A stretch of 64,000 nt of DNA, from NCBI GenBank assembly GCA_965248195.1, contig CBDFIQ010000001.1, positions 128,001 through 192,000 on the forward strand, given 5' to 3'. Below are positions 8,953 to 17,487 of this stretch, in pieces. The notes below the pieces were generated by a model. That model searched no databases. It was not told the DNA's origin and saw only the letters and a program-made list of their open reading frames with translations. The position numbers and the translations under genes were made by a program. This DNA is from Longimicrobiales bacterium (GTDB lineage Bacteria; Gemmatimonadota; Gemmatimonadetes; Longimicrobiales; Gaopeijiaceae). How positions within the stretch are numbered: position 1 is the stretch's first letter; each line of letters begins with the position of its first letter.

Positions 8953-11088
8953 ATGATAACGCGATCCCGGATCGCTTGTGGCGTCCTGGCTCTCACGGCC
9001 TTCCTGGGTGGCACCTCAGCAGGTTCCGCGCAGCTGACGGGCCTCGAGAACGGGGAGTGGCATTACTTGGGAGGCGACGCCGGGCACACCCGGTCCGCTC
9101 CGCAGCTGAACCAGATCAACGCGTCCAACTTCTCCGATCTTGAGGTAGCCTGGATCTGGCGGGGAGACAACTTCGGGCCGAGCGTCGAGTACACGGTCCG
9201 GTCCACGCCGGTCTTCGTGGACGGCGTGTTGTACACGGTGGTCGGCCAGCGGCGGCAGGTGGTGGCGATCGACGCCGCCAGTGGCGAGACGATCTGGGTG
9301 TTCCGGGAGCCCGAGACGATGAGGTATCTGCGCTCGCCGAGGACGGATTTCGGAAAGGGCGTCGCCTATGCGGAGGTGGACGGACGGGGCGTGATCTACG
9401 TCACGTCGCCCGCCTACTTCCTCTGGGCGCTGGACGCCAAGACGGGGCGGCCTCTGGAGGACTGGGGCGCGCCCGTACCGGTGGAGGATTTCTCCGGGAC
9501 CGGGGTCGTTGATCTGATACCGGACCTCGTGGCAGACTGGGGCCCGTGGCAGGAATTCATGGCCGACCGGGGCATCTACGACCCGGACCACGGGATCCCG
9601 AGGCAGTTGGGTATGGTCACCAGCTCGTCGCCGCCCATCGTGGTGAACGGCGTGGTCGTGGTGCTCGTCGGCCACGAGCCCAGCTACGACCAGACCCGGA
9701 TCGAGAACGTCCCGGGCGACATCATGGGCTACGATGCCAGAACCGGAGAGCACCTCTGGAAGTTCCACGTCATCCCGCGGCCCGGCGAGTTCGGCCACGA
9801 GACGTGGGAGAACGACGCCTGGCAGTGGTCGGGAGACATGTCGTCGTGGGCTCCCGCGTCCGCCGACCCCGAGCTGGGGCTCGTGTACATCGTGACGAAC
9901 GCCTCCACGGTCCAGTCGTACGCGGGCCATCGCCCCGGGCACAACCTGTTCGGCGGCAGCGTCATCGCGTTGGACGTCCAGACGGGCGAGCGGAGGTGGC
10001 ACTTCCAGATCCACCACAGTGACCAGTGGAACTACGACATTCCTACCGCGCCCATTCTGATGGATCTCACGGTGGACGGACTGGAGATTCCCGCGCTGAT
10101 CCAGAACACGAAGCAAGGCCTCGTCTTCGCGTTCAACCGGGAGACCGGCGAGCCGATTTGGCCGATCGAGGAGCGTCCGGTCATGCAGACTCAGGTCCCC
10201 GGCAACTACACAGCGCCCACGCAGCCCTATCCGACCCGGCCGGAGCCGTTGGACCGCATCGTAACGGATGGGCTCACAGAGGAGTTCGTCATCGACTACA
10301 CGCCGGACCTGAATGCGCAGGCGCAGATTATCCTGAGTCAGTTCCAGATCGGGGGCCTCTACGTGCCGCCGCTTCCCTACCCCCACGACAACGACTACCG
10401 CAATGTCGTCGGCTGCATGGGCGGGTTGAACATCTACCATCCGCCCATCGCGGATCCCTCCACGGGAATGATGTATGCGTCGCACAACCGGCAATGCAGC
10501 GCCCCCGGGTTCATGGTGCCCACGAACGGAGAGGACGAGGAGCGGGGGTTGCCCGGACTGAGTGAGGAGGCCTGGAGGGGGCGGGAGCGACATACGCCCA
10601 CCACGGGTACGACGGTGGCAAGGTACGCGCCGGGCGGTCCTCGCGTGCCACTGCCGCTCATTCAGGGCCTGCCGCTCTACAAACCTCTGTACCAGGCTCT
10701 CGCCGCCTACGACATGAACACGGGCGAAAAGCTCTGGGACATTCCGATCGGCGAGACTCCCGAGCGGATCAGGAACCACCCTCTTCTGGCGGGAGCGGAC
10801 ATTTCCACGGGAGGAACCGGCAACTCCATCCAGATGGTCGTGGGCGACCTCCTTGTGCAAACCACGGAGGACCTGCGGGGCAATACCGAAGTGAACGAGA
10901 ACGGCATGGCGGTCCTGAATGCCCGCAACAAGCGGACGGGTGAAATCCTGGCGCGCGTGGAGCTCCCGAGGCCCGGCCTGTACGGGATGATGAGCTTCAT
11001 GCACGAAGGAAAGCAGTACATCGTGGTGCAGTCGGGCAGCGCGAGACGCGGCCAGCCGGGCGCGCTGATGGCGCTGACGCTTCCCTAG
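8953..11088 (+). CDS. PQQ-dependent glucose/quinate dehydrogenase-like protein, secreted
   Basis: GAGGAGG RBS before ATG 8953; EWHYLGGDAG; SSPPIVV; WHFQIHHSDQWNYDIP; WPIEERPV; GKQYIV. Confidence 0.88.
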   Translation: MITRSRIACGVLALTAFLGGTSAGSAQLTGLENGEWHYLGGDAGHTRSAPQLNQINASNFSDLEVAWIWRGDNFGPSVEYTVRSTPVFVDGVLYTVVGQRRQVVAIDAASGETIWVFREPETMRYLRSPRTDFGKGVAYAEVDGRGVIYVTSPAYFLWALDAKTGRPLEDWGAPVPVEDFSGTGVVDLIPDLVADWGPWQEFMADRGIYDPDHGIPRQLGMVTSSSPPIVVNGVVVVLVGHEPSYDQTRIENVPGDIMGYDARTGEHLWKFHVIPRPGEFGHETWENDAWQWSGDMSSWAPASADPELGLVYIVTNASTVQSYAGHRPGHNLFGGSVIALDVQTGERRWHFQIHHSDQWNYDIPTAPILMDLTVDGLEIPALIQNTKQGLVFAFNRETGEPIWPIEERPVMQTQVPGNYTAPTQPYPTRPEPLDRIVTDGLTEEFVIDYTPDLNAQAQIILSQFQIGGLYVPPLPYPHDNDYRNVVGCMGGLNIYHPPIADPSTGMMYASHNRQCSAPGFMVPTNGEDEERGLPGLSEEAWRGRERHTPTTGTTVARYAPGGPRVPLPLIQGLPLYKPLYQALAAYDMNTGEKLWDIPIGETPERIRNHPLLAGADISTGGTGNSIQMVVGDLLVQTTEDLRGNTEVNENGMAVLNARNKRTGEILARVELPRPGLYGMMSFMHEGKQYIVVQSGSARRGQPGALMALTLP

Positions 11089-11113
11089 CCTCCAACCGCC
11101 CTCCACACTCGAC

Positions 11114-11152
11114 GAGGCCGGGCCCGAGGGAACTCCCGGGCCCGGCCTCTTT
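11114..11152 (+). terminator. Probable intrinsic terminator
   Basis: 13-bp perfect stem GAGGCCGGGCCCG/CGGGCCCGGCCTC followed by TTT, just downstream of the PQQ gene stop. Confidence 0.7.
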
Positions 11153-11223
11153 CCCTAGTGGTGCTTTTTTCTTGAGTTACGGACGAACAAGAACCCACTC
11201 GGCAAGCTTAGGGTAAACACCAG

Positions 11224-11526
11224 ATGGAAGATGTACCGTCACAGGAAGAACAAGCGGTCCGCCTGATTGCCGACCAGAAAGCCGTGGAGCTGGGGTTCGA
11301 CCCGGAGACCACCGGGCCCGAGGTCCTCAGAGAGCTGCGGTCCCACGATCATGACTTCTTGGATGACGAGGGAATCGACGAGCGTGATTCTCTGTGGGCG
11401 GTCAACTACGCTCCCCCCTCTACCTTCTTCCTCGACGGCCAGGAATATGCCACGGCGGGCAGGGATCTGACGGTGTACGTCCATGTCCCCTCGCGGAGAG
11501 TAGTGGCCTATTGGTTGGGGGAATGA
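11224..11526 (+). CDS. Small acidic hypothetical protein (100 aa), possibly PepSY/NTF2-immunity-like
   Basis: Protein-like composition; C-terminus ATAGRDLTVYVHVPSRRVVAYWLGE is nearly duplicated at 59153..59230. Confidence 0.65.
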   Translation: MEDVPSQEEQAVRLIADQKAVELGFDPETTGPEVLRELRSHDHDFLDDEGIDERDSLWAVNYAPPSTFFLDGQEYATAGRDLTVYVHVPSRRVVAYWLGE

Positions 11527-11595
11527 TGTCAAGGGGGATCACCGGCGTGGGCCGGTTGTCGGGGAGGCGGTGAAACGGTGAGGCGGTGAGACGGG

Positions 11596-12841
11596 TCAGG
11601 GCGTGAATAACTCGAGGGGAACGGCGCCGCCCATCTCGAAATAGCCGCGCGGATTGGGATGGATACCGTCGCAGTCGAACGGCGGGGCGATCCGGTCAGG
11701 GTCGGCGGGATCCCGCACTACGGCGTCGAAGTCGAGCACCCCGTCGAACGCTCCGCCGGCACGGATCCAGTCGTTGACCTCCCGGCGGATGCGGGTCTTT
11801 GCCGGAGTCCATACCCGAATTCGAGGCGGTGGGCGGGCGGTTGTGGCGTGGAATGATCGTGGTGCCGATGATGCTCATCCCCCGTGCCCTGACCCGCTCG
11901 GCGATATCCCGCATACCCGCGATGAGGCGCGCCGCCGAGCTCTCCCGGCGAATGTCGTTGGTGCCCATGAACAGGACGACGTGCGTGACGCCGGAGTGCG
12001 ACAGGACGTCCCGCTCGAGCCGCTCGAGCCCCGGCGGCGTGGTTGGCGGAGGCCGTAGCCCCTCATCGGAGATCGTGTTGCCGCCGATCCCCTCGTTCAC
12101 GACCGCGGGGTGCGCGTCAGGCGCTGCGAGATAGAGACGCGTGGCGAGCCAGTCCTCCCACCGGTCGTGGGCATCGAGCGTGGTGCAGCTACCGTCTGTG
12201 ATAGAATCGCCAAAGCCCACGACCGTGCCGGTGGCGGACCGGGAGCGGACGTCGATCGCTTTCAGCCAGAAGGTGGAGGTGGTCGTACCGGTGAAGGCCT
12301 CCGCCGACTCGTCGGCGGTCACGTTGCCGGAGCCGCTGTCGCTCAGATACGACGTCACGTTCGCCTGGCCATGCTGGCTCGGCCGCACGTCGGCCTCCGG
12401 AATGTACAGACTGACCGCCAGATCCTGGCGCGCGATGACGCGCATCGGGACCGGATCGCTCTCGACCGACCCTCCGGGCACGACGGTCACGCTCGGCGAA
12501 CCACCGAAGCGCACAGTCCGGTTGGACCCGGGTGTGAGCGCGGCACCGCGCATGACCGGGCCCACATAGGCCGCCCCGATGACGAGCGGGTCCGTGCCGA
12601 ACGTATTGTCGAGCCGCACGCGCACAGACTCGCCTCCCGCCGTCACGCGCACGATCATGCGCACCGTGGCGTTCGTGATCCGGGTGGTGCCGAGGCCCTG
12701 CTGCGATGTCGCCCACGCGGTCACCCAGCGGGTGCCCTCGGTCTCTTGTGCAGAGCCACCGGAGGGCGCTCCGAACCCGACCACGGCGGCGATCACCGCC
12801 AAGAACGCCACTATCCTGCTGACCCTCGTCGTTCTCATCAT
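11596..12841 (-). pseudogene. SGNH/GDSL hydrolase, secreted, with a +1 frameshift near 11812
   Basis: GDSITDG, NEGIGGN and GTND blocks in the first frame. The C-terminal WTPAKTRIRREVNDWIR...DGIHPNPRGY...LELFTP* lies in a second frame ending at 11596. Confidence 0.85.
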
Positions 12842-12866
12842 CGCCGTACTCGTCCTGGTCGCCCTG

Positions 12867-12949
12867 ATTGCCTCGGTCGGCCCAATATTACCTCGGTCGG
12901 CCCGATATTGCCTCGGTGGGCCCGATATTGCCCTCGGTTCGCCCGATAA
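12867..12949. repeat. Tandem array of ~4 imperfect 20-bp units (GCCCGATATTGCCTCGGTCG)
   Basis: Units begin near 12861, 12880, 12900 and 12920, with a partial unit at 12941; no spacers. Confidence 0.85.
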
Positions 12950-12960
12950 GGATAACCAAA

Positions 12961-12997
12961 CAAAATCCCCTTGACTGGTCGGGATAACGTGAGGGGC
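12961..12997. repeat. Dispersed 37-bp intergenic motif, copy 2
   Basis: CAAAATCCCCTTGACTGGTCGGGATAACGTGAGGGGC; 33/37 identical to copy 3. Confidence 0.8.
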
Positions 12998-13117
12998 GGG
13001 ACCGAGCGTTGCAACCTTCCCGCCCTTCGCGCCGTCCGAGTAGGTATCCCCTCGTAAGCGACCCCGCCGCGGCGACGGGAAGGAGACCACGTGCGGGCGA
13101 CGCTGTGACGGTGAGGG

Positions 13118-15745
13118 GTGGTGCGGATAACGGGGTCTGTGACGGGTCGCGTGCTGATGGTTCTCCTTTTGGGGCTTCCGTACGGGGCAGCCTCCGCTCA
13201 ACAACCCCGTGTCGACGAGGCGCTGGCTCGAGATGTTCCGGCCGATGAGGCCGACACACCCGCCCCGCCAGCCCTGCTCACCATGGCCACCGCCACCCGT
13301 GCGTTAGACCCCCCGGTGATCGACGGCCAGAATACCGATGCGATCTGGCGAACCGCCCCCCAGTTTTCCGACTTCCGGCAGTTCGCGCCCCGCGTCGACG
13401 CGGATCCGTCATTCCGCACCGAGTTTCAGGTGGCCTTCGACCAGGATCGGCTCTACGTCTACGTAAGAGCATGGGACCCCCACCCCGACAGCATCATGCG
13501 TGCGCTGACACGTCGCGACGTGCGCGGACCCTCCGACCAGATCGGGGTCATCGTCGACTCCTACAACGACCGCCGGAGCGGGTTCGAATTCTATGTGAAC
13601 CCCGATGGGGTAAAACGGGACCTGGCGATCTACAACGATGTGCAAGAGGACCGCTCCTGGGATGGAGTATGGGACGTGAGGACGGTCGTCGATTCGGAGG
13701 GATGGACCGCCGAGTTCAGCATTCCACTGTCTCAACTGCAGTATGCGGACGCTCCCCGTCACACGTTCGGGTTCAGCATACGGCGCGACATCGAACGCTT
13801 CGCGGAGCGGGTGGCATGGCCGGAATATTCGCCCACACGACAGGGACTCGCCTCCCAGCTCGGACGACTCGAGGGCATCTCCGAGATCGGTTCGGCTCAG
13901 TCGGTCGAACTGACCCCCTATCTCCTGACGGAGAACGTCACGATGCCGTCCCCGAATGGCGGTTTCGGGCGGGAGCAAAGACTCGCGGTCGGGGGCGACC
14001 TCAAGTTCGGCATCACCCCGGGCGTGACGCTCGACGCGACTGTGAACCCGGACTTCGGACAGGTCGAAGCGGACCCAGCCGTCCTCAACCTGAGTGCGTT
14101 CGAGACATTTTTTCCCGAGCGGCGACCCTTCTTCGTGGAGGGCACGGGACTCTACCGATTCCGCCTCAACTGCTACATCGTCGTCGACTGCAGCACGAAT
14201 GAGGGCCTGTTTTACTCCCGTCGCATCGGTCGCGCCCCCGCGTTGCTAGGCGCGAATGGTGGCCCGGACACCCCGACCGCTACACCCATCGCCGGAGCGG
14301 CCAAGCTCACGGGACGGACACCGGGGGGGCTGTCGTTCGGTTTGCTGGACGCCGTCACTCGGCACGTAGGGGGTATCGACGACCGCACGGCCGAGCCGCG
14401 CACGAACTTCGCGGTCTTACGTGCCCAGCAGGACCTCCGGGGCGGAGAGGCCGACATCAGCGTGATCGGTACCGCGGTGAACCGTTCCCTCGACGCGTGG
14501 ACCCGCCCATGGATGCACGAGAGTGCTTACGCCACCGGCTTGAGCGCCCGCAATCGGTTCGGCGACGGGAATTACGAAGTGACCGGCTCGGTGACCGCCT
14601 CCCGTGTCGCGGGCGAACCCGAAATGATCACACGAACCCAGCTCAACTCGGTGCACTACTACCAACAGCCCGGAGACGACCTGGAGCTGGACTCCACACG
14701 TACGTCGCTCGCTGGCCATGCAGAACAGATCAAGATCGGGAAGTACGGCGGCGGGTACACCCGCTTCGAGAGTAGCCTGGTCCACCAGTCCGCCGGCTTC
14801 GACGTGAACGACCTAGGGTTTCTGCGTCGGGCGGACCGGCTGAATTGGAGCACCTGGGCGTCCCTGAACTTCCGGGATCAACGCTGGATCTATCGGTGGG
14901 CCCTGGTGAACGCCAATCACTGGCAGACGTGGACCACGTCCGGGCTCCAGACCGAGAACGACTGGAACTTCAATGGTCACATGGGCCTGAACAACAACTG
15001 GAACATCCACGTCGGAGGGACCTTCGGCGCGCTCGGACAAACCTTTTGCGATCGCTGCACCCGTGGCGGGCCCGCGCTGCGCCAATCCCGTGGCTTCTAC
15101 CCCTGGTTCGGCTTCAATGGGGACAACCGGCGGACCCTCATCCCGTCCGTGTGGGTGAACCTGCGGTACACCGACGAGGGCGCGACGCATAGCTCGTCGA
15201 TCAGTCCCAGCCTCTCGATCCGGCCCTCCTCCCAGCTTCAAATGTCATGGGGCTTCAACATCAGCCGGGGCCAAACGGACAGCCAGTGGTACGGCAACAT
15301 CGTCGACGGCGCGGGCGCTACCCACTACACCTTCGCCCACCTCGACCAACGCACCCTCTCGCTGACCGCGCGCATCAACTACACCGCGAGCCCTGATTTG
15401 ACCGTCGAGTTCTACGCGCAGCCATTCGTGAGCACCGGCACCTACTCGGATATACGGGAGGTGAGCGCCACGCCCGAGGCTGACTCGTACGAGAATCGCT
15501 TCCAGCCGTTCACGCCGCCGGTAGGCTCACAGAACGCGTTCAAGTCCAGGCAGTTTCGCACGAACACGGTCCTACGTTGGGAGTATCTGCCCGGCTCCAC
15601 CCTGTTCCTCGTGTGGGCCCACGGCCGCGAGGCCTACACGGGTGAAGAAAACCGGCGTTCCTGGGGGAATGAGTTCCTCGACATCTTCGACGTTCACGCC
15701 GACAACACATTCCTGATCAAGGTGGCGCACTGGTTCAACTGGTGA
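13118..15745 (+). CDS. CBM9-like + DUF5916 domain protein, paralog 2
   Basis: Signal peptide; PVIDG; DSYNDRRSGFEF; DATVNPDFGQVEADP; ERRPFFVEG; YSRRIG; FLIKVAHWFNW. Confidence 0.88.
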   Translation: MVRITGSVTGRVLMVLLLGLPYGAASAQQPRVDEALARDVPADEADTPAPPALLTMATATRALDPPVIDGQNTDAIWRTAPQFSDFRQFAPRVDADPSFRTEFQVAFDQDRLYVYVRAWDPHPDSIMRALTRRDVRGPSDQIGVIVDSYNDRRSGFEFYVNPDGVKRDLAIYNDVQEDRSWDGVWDVRTVVDSEGWTAEFSIPLSQLQYADAPRHTFGFSIRRDIERFAERVAWPEYSPTRQGLASQLGRLEGISEIGSAQSVELTPYLLTENVTMPSPNGGFGREQRLAVGGDLKFGITPGVTLDATVNPDFGQVEADPAVLNLSAFETFFPERRPFFVEGTGLYRFRLNCYIVVDCSTNEGLFYSRRIGRAPALLGANGGPDTPTATPIAGAAKLTGRTPGGLSFGLLDAVTRHVGGIDDRTAEPRTNFAVLRAQQDLRGGEADISVIGTAVNRSLDAWTRPWMHESAYATGLSARNRFGDGNYEVTGSVTASRVAGEPEMITRTQLNSVHYYQQPGDDLELDSTRTSLAGHAEQIKIGKYGGGYTRFESSLVHQSAGFDVNDLGFLRRADRLNWSTWASLNFRDQRWIYRWALVNANHWQTWTTSGLQTENDWNFNGHMGLNNNWNIHVGGTFGALGQTFCDRCTRGGPALRQSRGFYPWFGFNGDNRRTLIPSVWVNLRYTDEGATHSSSISPSLSIRPSSQLQMSWGFNISRGQTDSQWYGNIVDGAGATHYTFAHLDQRTLSLTARINYTASPDLTVEFYAQPFVSTGTYSDIREVSATPEADSYENRFQPFTPPVGSQNAFKSRQFRTNTVLRWEYLPGSTLFLVWAHGREAYTGEENRRSWGNEFLDIFDVHADNTFLIKVAHWFNW

Positions 15746-15775
15746 GCGGACGTTGCGGCAGCTTACGCTCGGCTG

Positions 15776-17185
15776 CTACGCCCTCCGCTCCCACGGCCCG
15801 ATGATCGCCAGGGTGAGACCCTGAAGCTGCATATTCACGAACAGCGTCGTGCCGTCCGGTGAGAAGCACGACCCGGCGAACTCCCCAGTCCCCGCCTGAT
15901 TGTGGCCGAACTCATATATCTCACCCGCGGGCGTGACACCGAAGAGATAGTCGTCTCCGGTGCCATCCTCGCACACGATGAGGTCGCCCCATGGGGCAGC
16001 GGTCAGGTTATCGGCGTTTTCGACCAAAGTGCCGTCGTTGGGCTCGATGAAGAGCTCTAGGGTGCCTGATTCTTCCGACTCGCGCGACGTGCCCTCGTAC
16101 GGACTGGGCACGTAGCGCCAGATCTGTCCCTTCCTCGCATCGCCGCCGTTCGTGCAGGTGAAGTACACTGCGTTGTTGGCCCACCACATCCCCTCACCCC
16201 GCGCGAAGCGGGCGGCCCCAGCCGCAAAGCCCCGAAAGCGCAGGTCGTCGTCCGGCGATTCCACGTCGCTCATGTCGATCCAGCTCACCGCGAGGAGCGA
16301 GCCGGGCCGGACGGTCTGCGCCTCCCAGTTTCGCGTGTCCATCGAAGACTGATCGAGGACGCGGAGGGTTTGCAGGCGGCCGCCGGCCGCGAGCTCACCC
16401 GGGCGGTCGGGAATGAAGCGATAGATCAGTCCGTTCCCCTGGTCTTCGGTTTGGTAAACGATGCCGGACGCGGGGTGCACCGCCACGGCCTCGTGCTCGA
16501 AGCGTCCCATCGCTTTGAGGGCCACAGGCGTGACCACCCCTCCGTCCCAGGTCGCAGGCACCTCGAAGTTGTAGCCGTGATCCTCGAGGCGACCTTCGCC
16601 CGCGTTGTCCACTGTCTCCTCGCAGCTGATCCAGCTTCCCCACGGGGTCGGGCCTCCGGCGCAGTTGACGAGCGTGCCCGCGAGGCTCAGCCGGTGCCCG
16701 ACCAGGCGCTGCTCGCGCGTGTCGAACAGGAGCGTCGTAGCTCCGCCCAGCGCCGCCCGCCCGCTCTCTCCGATGTCGTAGACCGCCCCCGGGTCGAGGC
16801 GCCCGAGAAGCTCGTTATCGAGTCCGAACGGCCCCAACCGCCCTGGAGTATCCCAACGCAGCTCGTGATTGCGTACCAGGAGTGTGTATCCGTCGGGCCC
16901 GGGGAACGTGGCCATCCCGTCGTGTCTGGCGGGTACGTAGAAACCGTCGTTCATGCGCTCGCCCACGCGAGAGACGACCGTGTAGCTGAAGCCCTCCGGC
17001 AGCGCGAGCAGACCCTCGGGGTCGTCCATCAGTGGGCCGAAGCCGAGGACAGGTGCGGGAAGCAGGCCATCCAGGCCATAGGAACGCCTCAGACCGGCGA
17101 GGCCCAGGGACATGGCGCCGGCGGCTGCGAAGAAGCTCCTTCGCGAAAGCGACGACTGCGGCGCGGTCATGGCGCGACGTGGCAT
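15776..17185 (-). CDS. phoX: PhoX-family alkaline phosphatase (DUF839), Tat-exported
   Basis: SRRSFF Tat motif; HDGM; NCAGGPTPWGSWISCEE; GRFEHEA; ENADN; CEDG; EFAG. Confidence 0.9.
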   Translation of the reverse strand: MPRRAMTAPQSSLSRRSFFAAAGAMSLGLAGLRRSYGLDGLLPAPVLGFGPLMDDPEGLLALPEGFSYTVVSRVGERMNDGFYVPARHDGMATFPGPDGYTLLVRNHELRWDTPGRLGPFGLDNELLGRLDPGAVYDIGESGRAALGGATTLLFDTREQRLVGHRLSLAGTLVNCAGGPTPWGSWISCEETVDNAGEGRLEDHGYNFEVPATWDGGVVTPVALKAMGRFEHEAVAVHPASGIVYQTEDQGNGLIYRFIPDRPGELAAGGRLQTLRVLDQSSMDTRNWEAQTVRPGSLLAVSWIDMSDVESPDDDLRFRGFAAGAARFARGEGMWWANNAVYFTCTNGGDARKGQIWRYVPSPYEGTSRESEESGTLELFIEPNDGTLVENADNLTAAPWGDLIVCEDGTGDDYLFGVTPAGEIYEFGHNQAGTGEFAGSCFSPDGTTLFVNMQLQGLTLAIIGPWERRA

Positions 17186-17487
17186 GGTGTCTCGATGATG
17201 AGGGGTTTCAAAAGTCGAGGCTAACCTCGCGCCCGCATCGATCTTTGACCAGGGGTCCTCGGATGATCAGCGCCGTCCATCGATCACAATGAGGCATACC
17301 GTCACCTCTGTCCCTGGGCCCCTCCGCACGCGAGACCAAGGTAGGCCGTGATATACGAGGATACCGGAACACGCCATTCTGGGCCTGTGACGGGCCCTTG
17401 CTTGTGCCTACCGGTGGCAACAACCGGGTTCCGTACATACTTTTGTGGCACACATCCGTAGTCCACAGCTCATGCCAGGGGGGCTCA

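Noticed and set aside
9016..11106. 696-aa antisense ORF, and similar ones at 33535..34713, 38917..40299 and 44357..45631
   Set aside because: Shadow frames of well-supported genes in high-GC DNA; Arg/His/Pro-rich with no motifs.
11567..11598. 8-bp CGGTGA-core microrepeats
   Set aside because: Short, low-complexity sequence between convergent stops; no function can be supported.
12842..13204. N-terminal extension of the SGNH ORF
   Set aside because: Runs through the repeat array and into the opposite gene; the signal peptide starts at 12841/12838.
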